From NCBI GenBank assembly GCA_029717555.1, contig JAMDHS010000034.1, positions 1 to 64,000 of the forward strand: a stretch of DNA of 64,000 bases, read 5' to 3'. Under the pieces are notes generated by a model, which had not been told where the DNA came from, ran no database searches, and saw only the letters and a program-made list of their open reading frames with translations. This document shows positions 12,193-23,151 of the stretch, one piece after another. Source of the stretch: Peribolospora baueri (lineage: Eukaryota). Positions within the stretch are counted from its first letter, which is position 1; every line of letters starts with the position of its first letter. Position numbers and translations under genes: made by a program.

Positions 12193-12830
12193 GATAAGAT
12201 CCTGGTGTTCGTCTGTGATGAGCGGAGCAGCGTGGGTCGAATATCAGAGCTGACCTGGACGAGCTGGATAGAAGTGTAATGTCCTCGTCGCTTGGTCGTT
12301 ATTATAGTTTGGCGTCGCGGGGGTCGTTAGGATACGTCAAAGTCGTGAAGGTGTTTCGTTATGGAGTAAGGGAGCGCAAGGCGATGCCCGCATTGAGGAA
12401 GGGATGGGAGACCGTGAAGGAAAGGACGGTACGCTTTGGAGAATGGTGGAAGGGGAATGTTACGTCGATAGGGGCGTGCGGACGCTCCACCGGCCCCGCC
12501 CTGACGCACGTGCGCAGGGAGGACACCTGTGGTTTAGTGTCCATTCTCGACTTGCATTGTATGTACATCAGTACCGTGCGATAAGACGTCGACAGTTCGT
12601 TGTGGCCTCGGAAGGGCACGGCTAGAAATCAAGAATACATCATTTCCACGAACATGTACAAGTACAACGCCGACCGCACGGTCATCTCGGCGCGCAGTCG
12701 AAGGGGGATCAGTCCCACTCGAGGTGGGATCAGCATATCAGACGAGGGATGTGCGTGGATAGAAAGAAGAACATAAAGGCGGGCATGAAGCACGCTGGCC
12801 CATACACAACGGAGACAAGTACCACCTCGT

Positions 12831-13669
12831 CTATCGAGCTGGGCCATGGGGGGTTCCGGGCTGCGGCTGCCCTTGCTGTGGTTGCTGCTGAACGCCCGGT
12901 CGCTGCTGCATGACGATACCCGCTTGGCCCTGTGTCGGAATTTGGCGCTGTTGCTGCTGCTGCTGTTGCTGCTGCTGCTGTTGCTGCTGCTGCTGTTGCT
13001 GCTGATGCGCTCTCTGAGCGGCTGCAGCTTGTTGCTGCTGCGCCTGGTGTTGTGCAAGAAGCTGGATCGCCAGCTGGGTGATCTATAATCGGTGATGTGT
13101 GGATGAAAAGGGACACGTCAGTCAAAGAACAGAGCGAGTAGCTCTTGTGACCAGACCTCATCGCCACCCCTCCACCCCCCTAGAGTTCTCCTATACCGCA
13201 CTCACCTGGTCCTGCGTCAAGTTGCTCCCATTGAGATTCATACTGAGATGATGCTGCAACGCTGTCAGGCTCATCGGCAGATTGTTCAGCGGACCTCCTT
13301 GCTGCTGCTGTGGCTGCTGTTGCTGCTGCTGTTGGGGGAGATGGTGCTGCGGCTGCTGTTGCGGAGGGTGATGCTGAGGCTGTGGAGTTTGTGACGGCGG
13401 GGGAGCAGTCGGTGTCCTCTGCTGCTGGGCTGGTTGTTGCGCCTGAAGAAGTGGACTGGATCGTGCGGGCATGTGCTGAGCTTGAGCATGCGCGATGGCT
13501 GGCGAATGCGCTCTGGACGCAGCATTCTGCAGGTGCGGACTCGACAGGTGTGGGCTTTGCTGCTGTTGTTGTTGCTGCTGCTGATGCTGCTGATGTTGCT
13601 GATGCTGCTGAGATAGCTGAGCTGCACGCTTTGCCTGAGCAGCCAGCAACTGCTGTTGCTGCTGCTGCC

Positions 13670-13706
<37 letters not shown>

Positions 13707-16700
13707 TTGCTGTTGCGCATGTTGGGCAGCGTTGGGTGTTCCAGGCTGGGGCATGGCAGGTGACCCCGGCGGAACCGCCGGGCGACTTTGCGCTGGCAAG
13801 ACGACAATAGATGGACGAGGCGTTTGAACAGGCTAGATGGATTCCAAAAAAAAAAAAAAAAAAAAGTCAGTCCTCTTTCAAGACCACGAGCAGGGACGGT
13901 ATGAGCTCACAGTGATACCAGGCTTCGCTTGATGAGCAGGTTGCTGTCCCTGCTGAGCCTGCTGGGCCTGAGCCTGAGCGGCCTGTTGCGCAGCCTGCGC
14001 AGCCTGCGCCGCCTGCTGCTGCTGATAAAATGCGGCAGCCGCCCGCTGCTCCTGAAACGCCCTCTGCAACTGCATATCGCGCTCAAACTTCATCGTACTT
14101 AACGCCTGAGGCGTAGGCGCTGGGCCGACCTTGAATTGACCGTGCGTCTCGTGAGGTTGTAAGTTGACTTTCTTGTTCGTATTGGCTACTAGGCGCGAGT
14201 CAGCCAGTGGTTAACGTGGGGATGCGACGGTTGTCTCTCTGTAACACGCTCTTCCAAGTAACACGCCCCTGGGACCAAGGCTAAACGGTAACCAAAACTT
14301 ACCAGGCTTGGCGGCCGCCGCCTCCCTCCTCCTCGCGTTCTTCCTGATCACCTCGTACAAGCTCATCCTCCTCCACTTCTTCCTGCTCCCGTCAAACTTG
14401 GCACCCAACCCGAATTTCTTCGCCAGCTTGTCCTTCTTGGCAGCCAGAGAGCCATTCAGCACGCCTTGCGCAGGACTGTCTGACCTGCCAGCGCTTCCGG
14501 CGGCTGCTGACGCCCCCGTCGATTGCGGGTTAGTTCCTTGAGGCTGCTGACCGGTGGCGACGGCATTCGCTTGTTGGGTCTGGGCCTGTCCCGTACTGGA
14601 CGAGCTCGACCGGGCGGCAGCGGCGGCGGCCTGAGCCTGCTGTTGCTGCTGGCTCGGGCCCTTGGGGTTCCATCGACGGTTCCAGCGGTCGTAGCAGTCC
14701 CAAGCGATCCGCCGATCGGTAGGTGCGGTGAGTAGGGACGAGTTAAAAATGTCGGCGATGAGAGGCCAGTAGCCGTTGTACTGCTTGACAAGCTGAAGCA
14801 ACAGATTGTCGTCCTCGGCCGTCCAGACGAAGGCTGCCGAGCGCGCTTCAGCATTCGGTGGTTCAGATGGCGGGCCAGGCTCTGGCTTCTGTGGATCCTT
14901 GTTCTTTCTGCCAGTGAATAGCACTGAAGGAGGGAAAGGGCCGAGAAAAAGAGTCAGCGTCGGGAGGGCCCTCCCACCGCCAGATTACGACAAGATAGGA
15001 TCAATCGCTCACATGACGCAGGCCGGGGGGTTGTCTCTTCACCGGCGCCGACAGCATCGTCGGGCCACCAGCCACCCTCCTCGATCCATCCTTCCTTTGT
15101 CCTCTTCCGCCCAGGTTGTAACGTTGACACCAGCACGGGCTTGCTGTCTAGCAACCTCGTGACGTGCACAAGCCGCCCGGCGTTCAGCGAGCTCTCGTCG
15201 ATGCGTTTGTCGACTTTGGACGGGTCCGAGGGGAGCGACGGTTCCGAGTAGAGCGGCAGCTCAGGGAAAAGAGAGGAAAGCGTGAGAGACGAGGCCGACA
15301 GATTACGTAGAGGAACAGAGATGGACGGGTCGTCAAGCAGCGGCAACAAGGCTGGGTTACCCTGACTTTCGCAGGACGGGTGCTCGTTCGTCGAAGGTGG
15401 CAATAAGGCCGTCGCATCGAAAGTGGTCGCGCCTGGGTCGGCCCGCAAAAGCGGTGCGCGCACGGCAGTAATGACGTCGACTGGAAGCTCGCCCACCAGG
15501 GTCGCATCGCCGTCTGCGTGCTGATGTAGACTGCCCTGGATGAAGCTCCCGGGCTCCACCGAGCTTTCCTCCTGCTCCTCCGTCTGTGCTCTCTTCCCCT
15601 TGTCGCTACCGAGGAAAAATTCTGGCTCACGGGAGCTTCCCGTCGCCGTCGTCTCGGTGTCCAGGTCACGACGTCGCCGCTCACGTATTACCTCCATGCC
15701 GTCAGGCCCGTGGTGCTCTCGTCGAGCAGCCTCATTCTGCGAGGCCAACCGCGCAAGCGAGGCAGACTCGAGAGCTGCAGCTGGATCCTCTTCCGCGTCG
15801 GCGTCGGCGTCGGCATCTGCATCCGCATCCGCATCGACCTCAGCGTCGGCATCAGCGTCTACGTCTGTATCCATCTCCATATCACCTTGACCAAGTCCGT
15901 CCGACGTCTGTCCAGCGGATGGAGGAGCAACAACGGCAGGCGAAGCGAACCTCGAAGCCTCAAGGCTACCTTCCGCATCGGCGTCGCATTCCGCGTCCAC
16001 GTCCGCTTCAACGTCCATGGTCACCCCGTCCTGGTCTTCCATCTTGACGTCCACCTCGGAATCCTCTCCGTCCCGCTCAACCCATCCGGGCAGTCGCCCG
16101 TCCTCGGTGCGCCTGACGCACAGAGCTGCCCGGGCTGTCGCGTCCGGAGCAGCATGCCAAGCGATGACCGCTCGAGAAAGATGAAACGCCGCGGCGATCT
16201 TCCAGCGGCGCTCTTCACGAAAATCGGTCTGGAGCCACTTCTGTAAACATTAACAGGAAACGGTTAAAGGAAAGAGGATGCAATCGATAGAACACGTTGA
16301 GAGAATGAAAACTCTGGGTTAAGCTTGTTTACCGTAACACGGACGTCAAGGTCACCGACGAAGGGAAGCGCGGGAACGCACCATCTCGTCGAGCAAGTGA
16401 TCCCAGTGAGCTTTGGTGACAACCGGACCCTTCTGCTTCTTTGGCTGGCGGAAACTCCAGACACCCTCGGCTTTGAGGTCCTCTATGCGGTCCATTGCCT
16501 TGCGAAAGCGGAGCTCCGAGAAGGCGAGCTGGACAGAGGGTGAGACGCAAAAATAAAGAGCGAGTTGAATCGTGGAGAGACGCAAGAAATGAGGTCAGTA
16601 CGATGGCACTCCTGAATAACTCGCCCACAGCGCTGTTATGAAGGGACTAGGCTCCTCACCTTCCATTCCTTCGTCCCCAAACATCGGTCCGCCTTACTGA

Positions 16701-18022
16701 CCAACTTGCTAGCAGGACTTGCCCTCGCTCTCACCCACCACCTCCAAAGCTCGCCGGGTACGGCGGCTTGAATGCCAGCAGCGCCCACACTGGACCCGCC
16801 GGGAGCGCCGAGTTTGCCAAGCTGTTGACCTTGGGCGCCTTGTTGTAGTTGCGTCTGCGCCTGCGCCTGCTGCTGGTGCTTGTGCGGTCTCACGCCTCTT
16901 GCGCCTCCTCCACTTCCTGGCCCGCCCAGCTTCCTGGCTGCCGACATGGACGGGGGTAAAGGTCGGAGCGAAGACGCATACGTCGTGGAAAGAGGGTCGT
17001 TGGCGAGGAGTTTGAGGGAAGGCGGCAAAGGCGGCTGTGGCCTTTTCGGGTGGAGAACAGAGGATGGCGGGAGGGGCGTGGGAGGGTAGGAAAGCGGTGC
17101 GAAGCGAGAAGCGGTGGGCAGGACGGGAGGTCGTTTAACTGGTGATGTCGCCGGCCGTTTGAGTTGCTTGGACGGCGAGGCCAGAGGGCGAGTTGGAGAT
17201 GCTGAAGTCGTCGCCCCTTCTTTCCCATCCTTCGCCTCCTGAGCACCTTCACCTTTGCCCTTTTCCTGCGCACTTCCGTCTTTTCCCTTTTCCTGCGCAC
17301 TTTCACCTTTACCCTCTTCCTGCGGAGCTTTTCCGTGCTCACCGTCTCCGTCGCCTGCCTCCTTCTGCTTAACATCCCCATCTCCGTCGTCTCCTTCCGT
17401 CTTGTCAACCCCTCCCGTACTTTCCTTCTCTCCTTCGCCTTCGACTGGCTCCCCGTTCCCTCCATCTTTGTCCATGGTGAAGAGTAATCGAGAGAGCGGG
17501 AACTCTGAGATGCTCTTGCCGGTACGCAAGTCATACTCTTCCGCCAGTTTCTTCACTTCGGACGCATCCTCTGCGGCGAGCGCGTCGTCAGGAAGCACCG
17601 TTCCCAACGAAGAGGCGTAATCGATGAGGTAGGCGAGCGAGCGGAGGTGATTGTGACGCCGGGCGACGAGAGTCCTAAAGGCCGATCGCGGGCGGGAGAG
17701 GATGCGTGGGTAAACGGTTGATAACAAGAAATGGCTCACACATTCTCCCCCTTTTCCCTCACCCCTTCACCAGGAGAGGAGCCATACAAGCCATCCATTC
17801 GAATGGCAAGTTCTGATACTCCTGAAAGGGAGCGAGCGCCTTGCGCTTCGACTCGTCAACTCACCGGACTTGCTCCCTCCTCTTCTCGACCTCTCGCTCT
17901 CTCAGCTCGTCCAATTCTCCTCCCGGCCTCTTGGCGGCTTTTGATGTCAAGGGCGAGGTTGAGGAGGAGGCGGCAGCTGTGGAGGACAAGGAGGGCGGAA
18001 CCGGGGGTTCAATGGAGGGCAT
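12831..18022 (-). CDS. EAF1: Eaf1/Vid21 NuA4 histone acetyltransferase scaffold subunit, multi-exon
   Basis: HSA domain WSFRQPKKQKGP..KAHWDHLLDEM|KWLQTDFREERRWKIAAAF; SANT/Myb domain WTAEDDNLLLQLVKQY..WPLIAD...AWDCYDRW; polyQ C-terminus; stop TAG at 12833-12831. The first-exon start is less certain. Confidence 0.92.
12950..13715 (-). repeat. (CAG/CAA)n polyglutamine tracts in EAF1 3' exons
   Basis: Multiple (ctg/ttg)n runs on the + strand. Confidence 0.9.
17236..17335 (-). repeat. 27-bp (9-aa) tandem repeat in EAF1, about 3.5 copies
   Basis: GKAPQEEGKGESAQEKGKDGSAQEKGKGEGAQE. Confidence 0.75.
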
Positions 18023-18339
18023 GGCGGGCGTGTAGGGAGAAGGAAGAGGGGGGAAGGGGGGTAGTGGGTTGTGGAGGCCGGTCGTCGGGGAATAGAAAGA
18101 GATTGGAGAGGCGATCGTCCGCTGCGGCGTCTCGTTCGCGTCCACTCGCTCTCGCTCTCTCCGGGAGGAGCAGAAGGTGGCCGAGACGGTTTTCCCTCAA
18201 CACGCCATCATTTTTTCACGTCAGGTCGCCATCTTTCCACAAAAATTACACAACCGTATGAGAAAAATTCGGGACTTTCTGATTATTCAAAGAAATTAGG
18301 AAAGTATGGGAAATGGTCCTTAGGAATAGGAGGATTCCG

Positions 18340-18790
18340 CGCCTACACGCGCGTGGTGCGGGAGTCGCGGCCATCGCGCTCAGCGGTTTTGGTGCCGGAC
18401 ACCGGAGACCTACGACTCAAGATTCTCCAATCAAGGCACGACGCCAAGCTCTCGGGCCACCCGAGCCAGCGATGCACGTATTCGCTCGTAGCCCGAACCT
18501 ATTGGATGAAGAGATACGTCCAGGAGCATGCGCGCGCCAAGTCTACACGGCATAAACCTTGGGGCCTGCTGAAACCGTTGGAGGTCCCCGAGCTGCTCTG
18601 GACATCGATATCGATGGACCGCATCACGCAGTTGCCGGTCAGCCAAGGGTTCACTTCCATCCTCGTCATCGTCGATTGACTCACGAAATTCGCCATCTTC
18701 GAGCCAACACGCTCACCCAAGACCAACTCGCGGAGATCTTCCTGCGACGTGTGGTGGCTCAGCATGGAGCGGACATCTTGTCGGACCGCG
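18340..18790 (+). mobile_element. Ty3/gypsy integrase fragment (degenerate HHCC zinc-finger region and start of catalytic core)
   Basis: [80 protein letters not shown], with internal deletions and a stop. Confidence 0.92.
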
Positions 18791-18795
18791 GCCGG

Positions 18796-20171
18796 GGAGC
18801 TCAAACTCGCCTGGGGCAGCTCCAATACTCTTCATCAAGAAGAAGGACCGAGGACTTCGTCTCTGCGTAGATTACAGGGCGCTCGACCGCATCACAGCCA
18901 AGGACCGATACCCGATCCCACTCATCAGCGAGCTCCTCAACTGACTTCGGCAATCCCGCGTCTTCACGAAGATCGATCTCCAGTCAGCCTACCGCCTTCT
19001 CCGGATTAGGGAGGGTGACGAGTGGAAGACGGCGTTTAAGATGAAGTACGGCGGCTACGGCTACCTGGTCATGCCTTTCGGCCTCTGCAACGCGCCAGCG
19101 GTCGTTTCAGCGACTCATGAACGACCCCTTTCGCGACATCATAGACACTTTTCTCATCATCTACTTAGACGACCTCCTGATCTACTCCGCCAGTCACGAA
19201 GAGCACGATGACCATGTTCGCCGTGTTCTGCAACGCCTCAAGGATGTTGACCTGTACGTTAGTCCGAAGAAGGGCCGATTCAACCAGCCGAGCGTGGAGT
19301 TCCTCGGCTACATCGTCTCAGAGTCCGGAATCTCGATGGATCAGAGCAAAGTTCCTTGTCGTGGATCTCGTAGTTCTGCTCGTCTGGATTCATCTTGCGG
19401 CTGTAGTACGCGATGGGATGGAGCAAGCCGGTGTCCTTATCCCGCTGGCTCGCGACACCCGCGATGGTCTGGTCTGACGCGTCAACCTCGAGCACGACCG
19501 GTAGCGACGGGTCGAAGTGCTTGAGAATCGGCGCGGACGTTCGCTCTATCCCATCGCGTACTACAGCCGCAAGATGAATCCAGACGAGCAGAACTACAAG
19601 ATCCACGACAAGGAACTTTGCTCTGATCCATCGAGATTCCGGACTCTGAGACGATGTAGCCGAGGAACTCCACGCTCGGCTGGTTGAATCGGCCCTTCTT
19701 CGGACTAACGTACAGGTCAACATCCTTGAGGCGTTGCAGAACACGGCGAACATGGTCATCGTGCTCTTCGTGACTGGCGGAGTAGATCAGGAGGTCGTCT
19801 AAGTAGATGATGAGAAAAGTGTCTATGATGTCGCGAAAGGGGTCGTTCATGAGTCGCTGAAACGACCGCTGGCGCGTTGCAGAGGCCGAAAGGCATGACC
19901 AGGTAGCCGTAGCCGCCGTACTTCATCTTAAACGCCGTCTTCCACTCGTCACCCTCCCTAATCCGGAGAAGGCGGTAGGCTGACTGGAGATCGATCTTCG
20001 TGAAGACGCGGGATTGCCGAAGTCAGTTGAGGAGCTCGCTGATGAGTGGGATCGGGTATCGGTCCTTGGCTGTGATGCGGTCGAGCGCCCTGTAATCTAC
20101 GCAGAGACGAAGTCCTCGGTCCTTCTTCTTGATGAAGAGTACTAGAGCTGCTCCAGGCGAGTTTGAGCTCC
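18796..20171. repeat. Long inverted repeat: 629-bp arms (18796-19424 and 19543-20171), 118-bp spacer, made of gypsy RT plus RNase H
   Basis: Base-by-base comparison gives 624/629 identity, no indels and 5 transitions. Both arms encode YLDDLLIYS and share the same stop codon and frameshift. Confidence 0.97.
19349..19540 (-). mobile_element. Gypsy RNase H fragment forming the spacer and inner arm
   Basis: [60 protein letters not shown]. Confidence 0.93.
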
Positions 20172-20781
20172 GAATGAAGCCCTTCGCGAGCATCTCATCC
20201 AAGTACTTTTTCAACGTCTGACGTTCTTTCTCAGAGAGCGAATAGATCGGGTGATTCGGTATCGTGCTCCCTGGAACCAGCTCGATCGCATGATCGGAGC
20301 TTCGGTGAGGCGGTAGCGGACTCGTTTTCGCCTTCGAGAAGACGCTTACGAACTCGTGATGCTTGGACGGGATGAGGGCGCGAATCTCATCCTCGTCATT
20401 CAAGGCGCGTCCTCTGAATCTCTCGAGCTTGGACGTGTACCGTAGGGCTTGGATGAGCTTGAGCTCTGCCCGCTTCTCCCGTTCGAGCCGTGAGCCGGGA
20501 CGGCATCTCGTCGGTCGCGCTGGACCTCTATCGCCCGGACCTGGCTGGCGAGCGTGGGGATGCTGGTCAATGACGACTCCATTAACTCGGTCTTCATTTA
20601 CGCCGTCGAAGCTTTCTTTAGACGTGTAAGACTGGGTGGAGGCATCGCTCTTCGTCGGCCACACTCTTGCAGCGGTCTGAACGTGAGCATCGCCAGCGAG
20701 GCCGGCGCATCCTTTGTATCGCGTCGAAGTCGTCTTTTTTCTCACCGGCTGAGTGCTCTTGGATGGACATGAGGACCCTAC
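19614..20781 (-). pseudogene. Gypsy gag remnant plus RT (pol pseudogene)
   Basis: IPSKHHEFVSVFSK...[77 protein letters not shown] followed by [30 protein letters not shown]. Confidence 0.92.
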
Positions 20782-21068
20782 TGTCACAGACGACCCGCGG
20801 GTGACGCCGACGCTCGTCGCTTGCAACAGCCAGAACCAGCTGGATTTCAAAACGTCACTGCTGGAAACCTCTCTATCGGAATGAATGCACAAATGGGCGG
20901 CCAGCCTCGCCGTACGAGGGAGATAGTAGGAGCGCCAGCCAATCTACCAATCTCCGAGACAAGTAAAGAAGGGCAGGAAAGGAAGAGAGTTTGACACGAA
21001 GAAGGCAGAACGGAAGGGAAGGCACGGAGCTGGCCACCGTGTCCTACCAATGAGGTGACGGGACAACA
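20782..21068 (-). mobile_element. Putative 5' LTR of the gypsy element
   Basis: On the - strand it begins TGTTGT and ends TGTGACA (TG..CA, TGT/ACA termini) and sits immediately upstream of the gag/pol remnant. No second copy is available to confirm it. Confidence 0.4.
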
Positions 21069-21588
21069 ACTGAACTGAGTCCTACAATGGTCGAGGTGGG
21101 GTAAAGCGAGAGCAGAAAAGCACCGATCGCGGATGGCAAGTCTTAGAGCAAATAATCATTCAGAGGAGAAGCAAGGAAAGAAGAAAGGGAGAAGCGCGAA
21201 CGACGAAGGCCACGTATAAGCAGCACCGTCGGGGCAAAGTGATATATGGGTGTTCTTCCGAATTTGAGGCATAGGCAGAAGAATAGGAGAAGAGAGAGAA
21301 GGAGGGGGCACTCAATAGGCGAACGAGCCAGAGCAATACGAGACGGTTCCAGGTTTTGGGATCCTGTCGAGAGGGCAAGGGAATACGATGAGGAAGCCTG
21401 CGAGAAGAAAAGGAAAGGACGTAAGAACTCGAAAACGGAAGGCAACTCCGCGACGGAGACAGGACGCCGTTTGTCACAGCCTGCCTCCTCTGATGTCCCC
21501 TCCCCTCGACAACCTCCACTCCCGCCGCCTTTGTCGTTGAACGAGGCGGCGTCGGCGGCCGGCGTTTTTCCAAATCCAAGACTGGGTC

Positions 21589-21658
21589 CTAGTCCGAGTA
21601 CGATCCAAAATCCGATTGTCCGCCGTCATCGCCATCATCATCATCATCGTCATCGTCG

Positions 21659-21691
<33 letters not shown>

Positions 21692-23151
21692 TCTTCCTCC
21701 TCCTCCTCGCCATCCTCCCTACCCCGAACCCGCCTTCCCTTCGGCAGTCCCATTCCATTCGTATTTGCCTTGTTATATACTTCCCTCCTTGACCCTGGTC
21801 CAGTCTCGCCATCACCGTCCTCATCATCAGCCACCTCCTGCCCCTTGTTCTCATCATCGTCTCCGACAAGGTCTCTCCTCCTGTCGCTCTGCATCGTACG
21901 CAAAGCTTCTGAATTCAGGAAAGAGCCTGTGGAGCTTCTTCGAGAAGCACTGGGGGCCTGGCAAGCGGAGACAGCGTGAGCGTCGGAGGCGGCGTCCGCG
22001 ACGGGAGATCTTCGACCCTTTGGTGTCGCTTCTCCGTCCTCCCTGTGTTCCGGTGAAGGAAGAGCGCGACCCCCGCCATCTGCCGGCGCGGTAGAGGAGT
22101 CCTCGACGTGCTGAGCCGTCTTCCCGTTTTTGTCCTCCGCCTTCTCCGCCGCGCTTTCAGCGGCCCCTCCCTTCTTGTCCTTGCGAGCCGACCCCGTGCC
22201 CCGTTTCGTCGCCCTCCCCCACAACCTCTTCGCCCCCTTCTTGACTAACTCGCCGACATCGATCACGTCGTCCGGCCTTTGGCCCCCCGAATACCAAGGG
22301 GCAGGCACGCCGGCGTACCCGTACGCGTACCCGTACGACTGGTTAAAGCCCGCATACCTTGTCGCATTCTGCCCTCCGCCAGGAGGGACGGAGCTACCTT
22401 GGGAGGCGAGTAGGTGCGCACGGGCTGCGACGCCGATGGTGATCGAGTTTGCGCGGTGTCGTCGTCCCGACGTGGGCAGTGGGGCGAAGGTGATGCGGGT
22501 CGAGGAGCCAGAAGTAGAGGGCGCGCGCGATGAGGCCGTAGAGGACATGCTGATCGTTGACGTTCTGCTGCGCTGCTCTGACATGTCTGCTGAGGCAGCG
22601 TCGCCGACGGCCTCGCCGCTGGCATCGTCGCGGTTACCGACAAGCGTTTTCGTCGCCTCCCTTTCGTCTCCCTCCTCATCCTCTGAATCGGCGATCGCGT
22701 GCTCGTTATCTGCCTCCTCGTCCACCTCGGGCGTAGGTGGCACGAGCGGAACGCCATCGCCCATGCCGACGAGCCCGAAGCCGCTGAGTCGCTGGGGCAT
22801 CTTGTCGAGCACCCTCCCGCCCTCGGTCGGAGGCGGGACGCCCTTCTTGCGTCGGAACGATCGGCCCAGCTCGCCCCAGTCTTCCACGTCCTCTGCTTTC
22901 CCCGGAGTGGCGGTGGCGGAATTGCCAGAGATGCCGCCACCGTTCGTGCCCACGCTGGACTGGGACGGTGTCTCTCCAGGAGGAGAAAGGGAGGAGGATC
23001 CCGGGCTGGAGCCATTGCCACCGGAGACCCGACGCTGATTGTTGATGAGGATGCCGCCGGAGCAAGAGGGGGATGGGTGGAAGGCAGGGTTGGGAGGTTG
23101 GAGCCGGCTCGTGGTCGTGTCAAGTTTGGCGGGCTTGTTGAGAGGAGGCAT
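21589..23151 (-). CDS. Hypothetical low-complexity protein with acidic poly-D/E tail
   Basis: Uninterrupted ORF (open from 23211; first ATG 23151). Contains an ordered-looking island RITFAPLP..RRHRANSITIGVAARAHLL and a (GAC/GAT)n tail at about 21625-21710. Confidence 0.75.

Noticed and set aside
20765..20781. Possible self-priming (Tf1-type) or tRNA primer-binding site after the putative gypsy LTR
   Set aside because: No TGG start and no convincing complement inside the putative LTR.
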